A DNA stretch of 64,000 nucleotides from a virus. A program made the translations under genes and the position numbers. The DNA lies in the IMG/VR virus record IMGVR_UViG_3300023208_000003, positions 32,001 through 96,000 of that record; one strand, written 5' to 3'. The notes beneath the pieces are model-generated. The model was not told the DNA's origin and searched no databases. It saw only the letters and a list, made by a program, of their open reading frames with translations. Shown one piece after another: positions 46,401 through 56,324 of the stretch; the stretch's first letter is position 1, and each line of letters opens with the position of its first letter.

Positions 46401-49400
46401 AAATTTCGCCTTCGAGTGTAAATGAATGTGGAGAGTTGGCACGCAATTTCCAAGTTTGAAATGGAATGCTATCTGAAATTGTTACGTTTGTTAATCTTCC
46501 GCTACCAAAACCAACCAACATTGGCTGCACAATTGTAGAAGTAAAAGCATCGCTTTTAAATGAAATAGGTAAAATAACATCAAGCTCTGTTCTAATTGTT
46601 TCAAATTCAAAAATATCAATTGAATCAAAATCCTGTGTTCCACTTTTAATTGATACAGTAAAATACCCGGGTAAAATAAGTGGTTCATCAACTTGTCCAG
46701 TTCCTATTAAGGTCGTTCCTTCATAAACATTGTAATGGTTAAAATCAATCGCTGTATCAAACTTGACTGAAAATATTGCTGCTTTCGTTATTTCATAAAA
46801 GTCATAAACATCAAAAATACCATTTCCAATTGTTGATCTGCTTATCAATTTCCACGTTGGTAGCACATTAAACATTGCCGTTCCAGCAAGTTCAGCTTCA
46901 AATGAAACATTAGCATTTAAATCGTCAATTAAAAACCAACGACTATCATCTAATGAGTCAATTCGCGTAAATGATGGATCAAACAATAATTTGTTTTGCT
47001 CATCTTCTGAAAAGAATTGAAAGCGACTCGTTTGAAGAGAGCAATCACTTTCAAAAAGTTTCATTTCTGGATATGCTTTTTGGCGCGCATCGCCGTATTC
47101 AGCTACTTTGTAAACCCAAAATTCATCAAGTTCGGCAGTATCAAACTTACTATTATTCGTAAATGCATTTATTGCAAAATTTGAGCCTTTAGCGCCTATT
47201 AAACCACGCCAAAATTGAAACTGTGTTGATTTACTTATGTCTAATTGGTCAAAATATTCTTTTTCATGATATCCAAATAATGACATTGCGTGCTGCGTAG
47301 TGTCATTATTTTGATAAACAAAATCAGAATCAAAATACTTAGCTACATTATCAACGCTTGCTTCAAGATTACGCTTTACTGAGTGACCTTGAAGATAAAA
47401 GCCGCCCATAGTTGGGCGTCGAGTTGATTTAACTTGACGTAATGTTTTAATTAAAAGCTTACTAATAATTAAACCTAAAAATGGATCATAAATTAAATTT
47501 ACCTTTTCAGCTGGAAGAGCGTAATTTTCAAACAGTACAATATGTTCATATTCATCGATGTGAATATGAGCTGAAAAAATTGGAATTTTTGATGAAACCA
47601 TTGTAATATCATCTTCACGAATCACTGTTAAAGCAGTCTTATCAAGCGCCTGACCTAACATGTCAAATACTAATTGACCACCACTAACGTCAGCAAATTT
47701 TGTAGAGTCAAAAGTTGAAACTAACCCCGTTTGTGTTTCAAACCAAAATGCTTTTGGAAATGGATTTAACACGTGACCTTGCCCAACATTTATCCCAGAG
47801 TATACAAAATCAATTAGCTTTTCTATTTCAAGTTGCCAATTTAAATTTCTACCTGTTAGATCGTCAATTTGAGAAACATCAGATTGATCAAAGCGCCAGC
47901 CGTCTTCCTCCAAGCGTTTAACATAGCCAAACATAATGTTTACTAAATTCTGAATACCCGTAACCACAAAAGGTGTAGACTGAGTTATTCTTGTTTCACC
48001 GTCAAGGTAGTGATTCCAATAAATGTCAGTATGACGTTTACTTAATGCGTGAAATGTTTGAAAATTTCCTGTAGCATTAAGATCAATGTACTCGATCACA
48101 GGATAATTCGGATTAAAAGTTTCAATTCGAAATTTCCAATCACTTCCATCAGTTGCAGGAATATACAGACCCTGTTCATTTAAAGCATAAGTGCCAATTT
48201 GAACAACCTGAATGCGAAATGCGTGTAACCATGATTCACGAACTATAGGATTCTGTTTAAATATTACAGAGCGAGCATTTGTTGTTACTTCATAAACGTC
48301 AGAACGAATTTCTAAATTATCCGTTTCAATCATTCCATCGCAACGATAACCAAGCTTTACGTCCCAATTTCTAAATGCAATTGACGCATAATTATTTCCA
48401 TTAACATCAAGAGAGTTATATCGTAAGAGATTCGTAAATGACTGGTTTAAACCATTAAAACGATACGCTGTAAATGGTATAAACTTAAACTCAAATCCAT
48501 CAAAAACAATTTGATCATTTAAAACAAACGGAATTCCAAGATCATCAACTTGTAGTTGACCATATGTGCCAATTGTTAAATCTTGACCTTCCACAACATA
48601 AAATTCACTATTTTCAATGCTTAATTTAAGTACAGTTACATTATTACCAACTTCACAAACTTTTAATGTAAACGGTAATGCAATATCAGTTATAACATTA
48701 TCTGAAATGTTTCTAAGTGGAGAAACGTAAGATTCTCCATGAAGCTTAAAATCGATATGTGATAATTTTTTTCCAAGATAACGATCAAATTCCCAACCAT
48801 TTACATCAAAAACAGTATTACCCCAAGTTTTTGCAAGGAACTCAAGAGGCGATAATTTAAAACCAATTCTTGTGATAGCGTGTTGAAATTCAATTGACTT
48901 TACCCAAAGTAATTCAGTTGGACCATAATCACCAATCACGTATGAATTTGCAATACCAGTTGGTATTGCATTCAATAAAGCGTCGCCGGAGTTCCATGCC
49001 GGAGGTGCAACATACGGCGGTAAAAGCTCATCAGTATGCACGTTTGTGCATACTTTAACAGTTGGATTTTGGGTTTTGATATAAACCCACATAGAGTCTT
49101 TCCACATTCTTACTTGCTCATAAATCATAGGATCAAGCATCGTAGTTGGATTAGACGTTAATTTCCAAACTGACCCATTCCAAGGTAACTCAGGACCATC
49201 GACAGTAACGTTGAACCCTGTTACTACTTGAGAAATGGTGTTAGCATCGTCCGCGCGCACGAGTGTTGCGGACGTTCCATTTATGGCGTGTACACGATAA
49301 ATGCCATTTTGATGTAAATCACTTTGCCCAACAAATAAGAGACGTTGATTTACTGACAAGGAATAACCATTTACCGTAGAATCAAAGCCATCAGTTATGT

Positions 49401-51996
49401 TGAATAATCCAGCTATGTTGTTTCTAAAAACTAAAGAAACAGGAACACGTGACATTGACGCGTCATAAAAATTTTCAGTGTTTGCCCAAGTAGAATCCCA
49501 GTTCGAAGGTTTAACAGCAAAGTTTAATAGCTTCCAAGGTTCCAAATTTGGGCGGACCGTTCCATAAAGTGACAAATAAATTTGATGCCAGCGAGCAATA
49601 CCTAAAGTTGATTCCGAATAGTTCCAAGAAAATGCATCTGTTGCTACATAATCAATGCCATATGGGTCATAGTTATATTTTGCAGCAAACTTTGCAAGTT
49701 CTTCCTCAAGCGCCGGCTTATTTAAATGTGCTGGTGTAAATGCGTCCCAGCTAGGAGTTGTTAAAATTACATTTTTTGAATTGAATAATTTTTGTTCCGC
49801 GGCAAGAATTAATGAGTTTTGAAGAGCAGCTATATTAATTTCTACCCACGCGTTGCTCAATGTTGTAACATTCCAATTATTTCCGTCCCACTGGAACAAT
49901 TGATTAGTAGAACGTTTATACCAAAAATCACCAATTTCAATTTCTGAAATTAGTGGAGCATTTGATAAATCACTAATTACCGCGAAACACATTAATTTAC
50001 CAGTTAAGCTGTTAAACCACAGTTGATTTTTATAGGGTTGTACTGGAGGTTGAGCTCCACTTGAACCAGAAACAATGTTACCGTCAGAACGTACAACTGG
50101 AAGATTAACTAGTTGATGTTCAAGCGTTATATTTCTTTCTTGTATTGGTGAAACATGACTGTCATGGTGACGAATTACATAAATTCCAAGTTCAAAATCA
50201 AACTCTATTCCTGGCTGAGTAAATGGAGAGATACCCAATACTGGAAGTGTGGCAGGCCAATTTGAAATAGGAGATGTAGTATCACGATAAACGCCAATAA
50301 CATCAGCTCTGTTTGATCTATTTTCTTCATATGAAGCAAGTAAACGAGCTACTAAATCAGCGTTCGGATCAATAACTGTAAATTCAGATATTTTTGTCGT
50401 TGAAAGAAATTCAATTGAATTTAATGCAACATAATCAACCAAAGAATTTATCGCACCTTCATATTGTGCTTCGATAAATGAAATTATTGATGTTGGTGAA
50501 AAATCACGCTGATGCGCAAGCGCAACTAAAATGTTAAAGGCCCCATTATAATCTTTAATTTTACCACCTAAGCCAAGATCATGTGAAATTTGACGATAAT
50601 TATTTCTGCCAAAAGGCGAACCATCAATTGCTATTTGATCCTTTATGACTGTCATAAAATGGTTGACTAAATCACCATGTAGTACGTCACGTCGATTTTC
50701 ATGATAAGGATTTAAATTTAACTGGTTTGGTGTCATCCACGCACCAATATTTTCAAAATCCTGAGATGGGTGTAGTGGAAAATTTATAACGTTTCCATTT
50801 CCATCAGCAGTTACGTATCTAAACCCCTCAATGTTGAAAACACTAGTGGTGATTGTGTCACCGTTCATAAATGGGATTGTCCCAGGTGTCACCAGGAACA
50901 CGCCAGCCTCAGTGATTAATGGTACATTGACTTGTCCATTGTGTGCAATCCCGGACTTTGAGCCAATCGCAGTAAAATTGGTTGCATCATCAAAGAATAG
51001 GCGCCACATTTCTGCGGAAGCTTGCGGATTAAGAGTTATTGAAAGAGTTCCATTGCCAATTCCTTGAATATCCGGATCACTGCATTGAACTGAAATTGGT
51101 CCCGGTGACCAGATACTTCTAATAGATGCTCCCTTTTTAAAAAACAATGTTCTTCCATTTTCATCAATTAAGCCTTGTGAAAAAATGAAATTGCCTGATT
51201 TATTTGTTTTAACACGTCTAAAAAGGTATTGATCTACTGAATAAGTTTGATCTTCAGTGTAATAAAAAATTGAAGAAACTTTATTCGTAGGAGTTCCATC
51301 GTAATAGTAAATGTTAAACAGTGGAATTTGATTTACGATTGAGCGAACTTGTCCTGAAAGCATTTCAATGTCAGCATCGAACTCAATGATAGGACGAAGA
51401 GCTTGAACAACTAATTTTTTATCAATAGCGTGAGACGCTACCCAATCATCAAGATCATCTTTATGCACCCAGTAATTTGAAGTAGACCAATCGCTTGACC
51501 CATTTGATTCAATAACATAAAACTCGGGTACACAGGCTGGATTCCAATCTAAGGTAGGACGGGTTGTCTCTGGAATTGCTGGAAGAACCCAATAATACTG
51601 AGCAAAATTATCAAATTTGTCAAGATTAATTGGCGGAATGAAATTAAATGATTGTTGTTTACTCCACTCGCGAGCGTTATCAATATCTATACCGGCGCTA
51701 CGCCATTTATTAATAATGTCCGAAAAACCGTAGGAGAATTCTTGCGAACCTACTTTCCAATATGTCATTGGTGACAGTTCGTTGACGACTCTTTCAATTG
51801 TTGACTGAGGAACCCAAGGACGAACTTCTGATGAATCTTCTACCTTATGGCCAATTAGCCCGTAAAGAGGAAGTACTTCTTCTTTGGTTAAAAAGCGATT
51901 AAAAAGATTTCGCGTAAGCGATAAATTTACCTTGTTTCTAAGATACTGCGGAAGATATCTTGTTAGATCGTGGTAAGGTGTTAAGTAGTCAGTCAT
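43468..51996 (-). CDS. Giant baseplate wedge-like structural protein (2842 aa)
   Basis: Uninterrupted 8.5-kb ORF in the baseplate cluster. Shares repeat modules with the 1706-aa protein. GATAAATA at 52034-52041. Confidence 0.7.
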   Translation of the reverse strand: MTDYLTPYHDLTRYLPQYLRNKVNLSLTRNLFNRFLTKEEVLPLYGLIGHKVEDSSEVRPWVPQSTIERVVNELSPMTYWKVGSQEFSYGFSDIINKWRSAGIDIDNAREWSKQQSFNFIPPINLDKFDNFAQYYWVLPAIPETTRPTLDWNPACVPEFYVIESNGSSDWSTSNYWVHKDDLDDWVASHAIDKKLVVQALRPIIEFDADIEMLSGQVRSIVNQIPLFNIYYYDGTPTNKVSSIFYYTEDQTYSVDQYLFRRVKTNKSGNFIFSQGLIDENGRTLFFKKGASIRSIWSPGPISVQCSDPDIQGIGNGTLSITLNPQASAEMWRLFFDDATNFTAIGSKSGIAHNGQVNVPLITEAGVFLVTPGTIPFMNGDTITTSVFNIEGFRYVTADGNGNVINFPLHPSQDFENIGAWMTPNQLNLNPYHENRRDVLHGDLVNHFMTVIKDQIAIDGSPFGRNNYRQISHDLGLGGKIKDYNGAFNILVALAHQRDFSPTSIISFIEAQYEGAINSLVDYVALNSIEFLSTTKISEFTVIDPNADLVARLLASYEENRSNRADVIGVYRDTTSPISNWPATLPVLGISPFTQPGIEFDFELGIYVIRHHDSHVSPIQERNITLEHQLVNLPVVRSDGNIVSGSSGAQPPVQPYKNQLWFNSLTGKLMCFAVISDLSNAPLISEIEIGDFWYKRSTNQLFQWDGNNWNVTTLSNAWVEINIAALQNSLILAAEQKLFNSKNVILTTPSWDAFTPAHLNKPALEEELAKFAAKYNYDPYGIDYVATDAFSWNYSESTLGIARWHQIYLSLYGTVRPNLEPWKLLNFAVKPSNWDSTWANTENFYDASMSRVPVSLVFRNNIAGLFNITDGFDSTVNGYSLSVNQRLLFVGQSDLHQNGIYRVHAINGTSATLVRADDANTISQVVTGFNVTVDGPELPWNGSVWKLTSNPTTMLDPMIYEQVRMWKDSMWVYIKTQNPTVKVCTNVHTDELLPPYVAPPAWNSGDALLNAIPTGIANSYVIGDYGPTELLWVKSIEFQHAITRIGFKLSPLEFLAKTWGNTVFDVNGWEFDRYLGKKLSHIDFKLHGESYVSPLRNISDNVITDIALPFTLKVCEVGNNVTVLKLSIENSEFYVVEGQDLTIGTYGQLQVDDLGIPFVLNDQIVFDGFEFKFIPFTAYRFNGLNQSFTNLLRYNSLDVNGNNYASIAFRNWDVKLGYRCDGMIETDNLEIRSDVYEVTTNARSVIFKQNPIVRESWLHAFRIQVVQIGTYALNEQGLYIPATDGSDWKFRIETFNPNYPVIEYIDLNATGNFQTFHALSKRHTDIYWNHYLDGETRITQSTPFVVTGIQNLVNIMFGYVKRLEEDGWRFDQSDVSQIDDLTGRNLNWQLEIEKLIDFVYSGINVGQGHVLNPFPKAFWFETQTGLVSTFDSTKFADVSGGQLVFDMLGQALDKTALTVIREDDITMVSSKIPIFSAHIHIDEYEHIVLFENYALPAEKVNLIYDPFLGLIISKLLIKTLRQVKSTRRPTMGGFYLQGHSVKRNLEASVDNVAKYFDSDFVYQNNDTTQHAMSLFGYHEKEYFDQLDISKSTQFQFWRGLIGAKGSNFAINAFTNNSKFDTAELDEFWVYKVAEYGDARQKAYPEMKLFESDCSLQTSRFQFFSEDEQNKLLFDPSFTRIDSLDDSRWFLIDDLNANVSFEAELAGTAMFNVLPTWKLISRSTIGNGIFDVYDFYEITKAAIFSVKFDTAIDFNHYNVYEGTTLIGTGQVDEPLILPGYFTVSIKSGTQDFDSIDIFEFETIRTELDVILPISFKSDAFTSTIVQPMLVGFGSGRLTNVTISDSIPFQTWKLRANSPHSFTLEGEISGVIDTNIGFGRYDNGLFKFDLINGEIAFVAEDFFVFETNVKTSLEVTGYGNLTDIKVHGPYATAENWQITMLSATQFSVIGDTLTQADYGTVGTYYDNGKIGFLIEAGLNPFTNGQLFSFRVDVEKVNSDTIRVLTAGTVELVGFIPAKPKFSPIKLFNYKSQTLIEDISVWHPAFDSHNPLPLESVNIISPTDLARYNCSTLITDNPNYSTVSTWGEREVGRVWWDTETLDYVPYYDTSIFSTIEERLSRWGSLADYSDIKVYEWVQSDVPPLTYNKQAKEQEGKLEIESGLKKSGTVARQETYSRNRIWWKRPVAWSRTPNPPPEGNVTQFLGASTRLFISDLHVTLDDGRFSDHGLNANVKIWGWDEDKPVGEATITGILNYDIGSSFELLLPGLVDLPAEFSSIAFVPSAKVSSIGNAIGEISFKLDIFDGTVGVIAISNTLSQRLDIEDFFGQIGAPIKYDFTNLGIAVILTPAVNNIDSLEIAQAIALGHNVKVREQISITTHLPFASLELVNDPLISQTQWIAQVIPTQKQLSADLNAPINTWQPFYGDWIQVATTADLVAEAVAENKTPLVLNSGEIVNRIKSSWTSWAILTDLLQKKTGNNDKLTFTFDETLNSKRISVYINGILQLNSIFTVNGNIVYLTNKIPAGQQVVVLYRKYEPNAIELTFDPESKDDLTIQTQFKNDYQYVIVPQRDSEGTIIGNNYFFWVRNKTFAATNNLMSAQQAEIQLRNGPSTYLTFHNLLPATLTKPARYDAISVHGLNLFVTSDDSYKLRFTEDFTLRDDPKELDLKNTHTEWTQIRPDQKHKIPKQLWDKLSDTACGQNSRGDQLPSQNRIDYDARHNTRTRYGFGKDQIMVDTHLVLATLRDAILNTKLVKNIGGINIPDYIEALNFIEADLWFATPFATRRTLDTIWRLASPRQINTLFFEVLNDALANNFEFTDLFKTSRLAVHSVRTISPPQVIPFNDY

Positions 51997-52072
51997 ATTG
52001 AAAGCTCAAAGGTCGCAAATGTTAGCTATGATATATTTATCACAAAAAACATTTGCTCCAAAATGAGCTTTC

Positions 52073-52486
52073 TTATAGTTTCGCGTACTCGCTTAGTCCT
52101 GTCTCAATAAGGTCAGCTTTGCAATCAAGCAAATCACCTGATCCGTCTTGTCGATAATGTTGATTTATAATTTCAATTGCCTTTTTTAATTTTTCTGGTT
52201 TATTACAAATAATGTTTTTTATATTTTTTATTAGCAAAAACTTTAAAATTCGTTTTAGAGATGTACAATCAGTGCAACTAAAATCACCGTCAACTGAAGA
52301 TGGCGCGCCTTGTAGAGATGTCAGTGACGTACAATCAGAGCAACTAAAATCACCAGTTAAATGACAACCTGGTGTATAACCAGGATATTTTTTTGGTAAT
52401 TTGGATAAATCTGTCCATTTGGCAGGTACTTTAATATTACCTTTATAAGTTGGGATTACATTTTCAAATAATTGATTTATTTTCAT
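52073..52486 (-). CDS. AKL-tag family member 8 (short, LRR-like repeat)
   Basis: GDFSCSDCTSLTSLQGAP / GDFSCTDCTSL repeat. Ends DLLDCKADLIETGLSEYAKL. Confidence 0.8.
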   Translation of the reverse strand: MKINQLFENVIPTYKGNIKVPAKWTDLSKLPKKYPGYTPGCHLTGDFSCSDCTSLTSLQGAPSSVDGDFSCTDCTSLKRILKFLLIKNIKNIICNKPEKLKKAIEIINQHYRQDGSGDLLDCKADLIETGLSEYAKL

Positions 52487-55400
52487 TATGTTAGTCTTCC
52501 TTGTCTTAATACATCCCGCGTCAAATCTGCTACAATCTCAATATCAGTAATCTTAGCGGCAGATTGCAAAATCTCATCCATACCACACTGTACAGTAAAA
52601 AGTGAGCCAAATGAATTAGTTGAGAATACAGGCACAAGTACAACTGAAGAAATTTCAGTTGGAAGACGCTGGTGAATTAACGCGATAAGTTCAGTAGCAT
52701 AGAAACTATTACCAAAATCCCAATTAGAAATATCAAAATAAGTGTTAATTACATTTAGAACTTCTTGTTTAATAACTTCGGTTGAAAGTTTTGCTGTTGG
52801 AGCAATAACAACTTTAAAGCGCGCGCGTAGCTGCGGTTCTGCAAGTTCACCAAATAACAATCTAATTTTTCCTGAGTGAAGGACAATCGTATCTGAAAGC
52901 ATCTTATTTTCAAGCAGATAGCCATATGACTGACGAAGCTCAAGAGGCGTTGGTGGAACTGGAGGTACAGTTGACAAGCCACGAATATATGAAATTACGT
53001 TGTTGTAGTAACCGCTAGTTAAGATAAATGCGTCGTGTATGTTTGATGCTGATGGGTCAATCATATTTGTATGAGGAGCATAATGCTGCCACATAAAATC
53101 TAAGTTTTTACGCGTCATAAAGCGTAAATAATTACCAGTTGTATCAACCATTGAACCTGGATTAAAAGTAACTGATGGCCAACCAATAGGAATAGAATCA
53201 TAATAAATTGATGAAGGTGTAATTGGCACAGTTGTGTACACAAACATATTCGCTGAAAAATTTTCAAACTGCAAAAGCTTATCAGGAATAGTGTCTCCAG
53301 ATACTGAAAGCTTTAACGCATCTGATGGCATAATTTCAAGTGCGTGAATGTTAATAACGCCATCACCATCAACAACTGGACCAACAACATCATAATTTTC
53401 ATTATGACCAAGTGGTAATCCATTAGGCTTTAAGTTTGAGCGAAGAACACGAACAGTATCGTACACGCGATCTTTTGTCTCATTATCAAGAATTTGATCG
53501 GCTTGATTAAACCAAAACTTTGTATTTTGAGATGATGCCACAAGTTTCAGTGAGCGGTAATGAATTGTAAATCCAATTAAGTCATTTGTAACTGGCGCTA
53601 ATATTCGCTCGATCCAAAAAATCCACGAAGATATTGGATCAGTAGGATCAAATCCTAAAGAATCTGGATTTGCTGGCAGCGAAGTACCATTTATAAGTTC
53701 CCAGTAACCATTAAGATTAAAAGTTGAAATATAATCTGGAAGCAATGGGCCTGCGTAGCCAGCTGGTGGACGTAAAATAAAAGCGTCACCTTGTTTAAGA
53801 TCAACATTCGTTACTAGAAAATCAATTGGTGAACTAGTGTCAACTAATGAATACTGTTTATCAACAACGCCATTAGAAAGATTGCCGCGAATAGAACTTG
53901 TAACATAAAGAGTTTTTTCATCTGCTGCAACTTCAATAGTGAAAACTTCTAACTCAGCAATAGCGCTTGTTATTGAACCAGTTAATGTTCCTGAACCTCG
54001 CATTGCTGTTTTACGATTAAAGCGTAAACCAAAGCGTTGCTGAATAGCAACGGTCTGTAAGCGAGACCCACTATCACCATTTACGTAAGGTGTTACACCA
54101 TCAATTGTTCTTGGTAAGGTATCCTGCCAAATTTTGCCATCATCACTTGAACCTGACGTACCAGCTCCGCTTGGAATTAGCGCGTAAGTAACACCATTTA
54201 TGGTTGTCAAACCTAAAGGCTCACCGTACCAATGACGATCAAGCGCACCCTGTATCATTGTTTTTTCTAGAAGAGGGATTCTATTATCTTCAATAAAAAG
54301 ACGACGTGGTGATGAGATAACGCCTATTAAATCAGGATCTGTTGCTGAAATATGAAGCAACATATTCATAATAGAAGTTGAAGAAAGCAGCGGCTCAATT
54401 ACATTATCAATTAATGAGCGCGCTGAAACACTTGTATTTTGAACTTCAGTAGTTAAATTGTAACGAAGCTGAAGATCATCACCAAACAGTTTAATATTTT
54501 CATATGTTCCTGACGCGTCATTCCAATCAATCCATTTTGGCTGGCCAGCAAATGTGCGATTGATTGTAAATAATCGAAGAATTGACTGATCTTTTAACAT
54601 AAACGTATTATGATCAGCAGCGTTGACCATTCTGTTCTGAGCGTAATATGTAGAAGGCGCTGATTGACGAACATGATCAATTGTTTCAGACGCAGCAGAG
54701 TTTTGAATAGCTGATGTAAGTGAAAATGTTAAAGAGCAAGTTTCATTTAAACCTAAATTCGAAGTGTATGAAAATGAAATAGGTTGATTTTGAATTCTAT
54801 TTGCTTGAATTACAATCGGCTTGTTAATTGATTGACGAGTCCAAATTTGGAACGTTCCAATAGGCATATCACTATAGTCACCATCCCCAAACAACAACTT
54901 TACACGATCATTTTCTAATGTTTCAACTTCAAACTTTTTACGATTTGTAGTATTATTAAAAAACAAATTTTGTTCAGCTAACGTACTTACTTGTTCCCAG
55001 CGTTCAAGAACATTTCCATTTGTGTCAACACGTGAAAGCCAAACGTCTGTTTCATTAACATTTTGAAGAGCAAGCTCAAGTGTTCTGTTTGGAATCTGAG
55101 AACTAATAGTGTAATCAGTTCTAACGAGGCCGCCCTGTTTTACGAAAAGTAAAATTCCAGTGTAATCAGAGCCATCTCCTAAACCATCACTAGAGTAAAT
55201 AAATGAAAGAGATTGCGATGGATCAGGTGTTCTTTCAAATGGTCCATTTTCATCAATGTCAACAGGAACAATTTCCATTGGAAATTGTTCAGTTCCAGTA
55301 TCAGCAATAAATGGAAAAACACCATTTACAAATGTTGATGAAATATTTGCAAAGTTATACAATTGAAGACTAACATCGCCAACTTGCACTGACTTTTGAG

Positions 55401-55899
55401 GTTGCCCAAATTTTCCAGTTAAAACGTGATTTAGCACTAAGAAAAATTGTTCCTTCCAATTTGAATTATTAGGATCATTCCACTTAATCACTGTGTTTGC
55501 GAGATTAATACCTTGCGAGTCAATAATTCTTTCTGAAGTAACAATTGATGTTATTTTTACAAGGCCACGGCCTGGAATGTTTCGTGTCACCTTGTATGAA
55601 ATTAACTTAGCAAGACGAAGAATTGATTGTTTGCGCTGAGCAGTCGTAATAAAGTTTTCATGTGACAGCATATCAACACGATACGCGAGAACTTCTGCTA
55701 CATAAGCAAACATTTCAAGGAAAGCAATAAACTCAGATGACTCAATAAAGTCATTGAAACTTTCTGAATAGTACAACTTAACGTAATCAAGCAGAGCTGC
55801 TTTAACTGTATCAAAATCGTAGGAAACAAATGAGATATTGTTAAACGCCTCGTACACACGTTCCCAAGATTCTGCACTGTAAATATTTCGAATTGCCAT
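52486..55899 (-). CDS. Baseplate wedge subunit (T4 gp6-like)
   Basis: DFDTVKAALLDY...SEFIAFLE..AY..., A..RKQSILRLAKLISYK, and ETID.VRQSAP..Y.AQNRMV...D motifs. Confidence 0.85.
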   Translation of the reverse strand: MAIRNIYSAESWERVYEAFNNISFVSYDFDTVKAALLDYVKLYYSESFNDFIESSEFIAFLEMFAYVAEVLAYRVDMLSHENFITTAQRKQSILRLAKLISYKVTRNIPGRGLVKITSIVTSERIIDSQGINLANTVIKWNDPNNSNWKEQFFLVLNHVLTGKFGQPQKSVQVGDVSLQLYNFANISSTFVNGVFPFIADTGTEQFPMEIVPVDIDENGPFERTPDPSQSLSFIYSSDGLGDGSDYTGILLFVKQGGLVRTDYTISSQIPNRTLELALQNVNETDVWLSRVDTNGNVLERWEQVSTLAEQNLFFNNTTNRKKFEVETLENDRVKLLFGDGDYSDMPIGTFQIWTRQSINKPIVIQANRIQNQPISFSYTSNLGLNETCSLTFSLTSAIQNSAASETIDHVRQSAPSTYYAQNRMVNAADHNTFMLKDQSILRLFTINRTFAGQPKWIDWNDASGTYENIKLFGDDLQLRYNLTTEVQNTSVSARSLIDNVIEPLLSSTSIMNMLLHISATDPDLIGVISSPRRLFIEDNRIPLLEKTMIQGALDRHWYGEPLGLTTINGVTYALIPSGAGTSGSSDDGKIWQDTLPRTIDGVTPYVNGDSGSRLQTVAIQQRFGLRFNRKTAMRGSGTLTGSITSAIAELEVFTIEVAADEKTLYVTSSIRGNLSNGVVDKQYSLVDTSSPIDFLVTNVDLKQGDAFILRPPAGYAGPLLPDYISTFNLNGYWELINGTSLPANPDSLGFDPTDPISSWIFWIERILAPVTNDLIGFTIHYRSLKLVASSQNTKFWFNQADQILDNETKDRVYDTVRVLRSNLKPNGLPLGHNENYDVVGPVVDGDGVINIHALEIMPSDALKLSVSGDTIPDKLLQFENFSANMFVYTTVPITPSSIYYDSIPIGWPSVTFNPGSMVDTTGNYLRFMTRKNLDFMWQHYAPHTNMIDPSASNIHDAFILTSGYYNNVISYIRGLSTVPPVPPTPLELRQSYGYLLENKMLSDTIVLHSGKIRLLFGELAEPQLRARFKVVIAPTAKLSTEVIKQEVLNVINTYFDISNWDFGNSFYATELIALIHQRLPTEISSVVLVPVFSTNSFGSLFTVQCGMDEILQSAAKITDIEIVADLTRDVLRQGRLT

Positions 55900-55904
55900 T
55901 TATT

Positions 55905-56282
55905 TTAACCGTTTGTCGAAATTTCGATTCGTAACGTATCCGTTACCTTAAATTCAATGTAATAAAGATCTGCTAATGCAAGAATCGCGTTATTATCAGG
56001 AAGTGAAACAACTGATATTGCAACAAGTTTAACTCGTGGATCATAATTAATAACTTCACGTAAATCAGCTTCTATAGCAGCTCTAGTGCGCTCATCATTT
56101 GGTTCAAACACCATAAGCGGTATTCTAGTACCAAAATTAGGCATCATGAGACGCTCACCTTTTATTGTGTAAATGTGATTTAACAAATCACGCTTTACAG
56201 TCTCGATATTTGAGGTGCTAAAACGAAAGCCAGTATCTAACCAGGCTTGCGTTGAAAATCCTCTGTAAGTTGCAGTTGTCAT
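55905..56282 (-). CDS. gp25: Baseplate wedge subunit gp25-like
   Basis: VKRDLLNHI.TIKGERLMMPNFGT...YDPRV GPW/gp25 motif. Confidence 0.9.
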   Translation of the reverse strand: MTTATYRGFSTQAWLDTGFRFSTSNIETVKRDLLNHIYTIKGERLMMPNFGTRIPLMVFEPNDERTRAAIEADLREVINYDPRVKLVAISVVSLPDNNAILALADLYYIEFKVTDTLRIEISTNG

Positions 56283-56309
56283 TTACGTCTCGTTTTTTAT
56301 TTGCTTCAA

Positions 56310-56317
56310 TATTTATC
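56310..56317 (-). promoter_or_regulatory. Late-type promoter GATAAATA
   Basis: Upstream of the gp25-like gene. The same octamer occurs at 32771 and 52034. Confidence 0.55.
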
Positions 56318-56324
56318 CAAAAAA

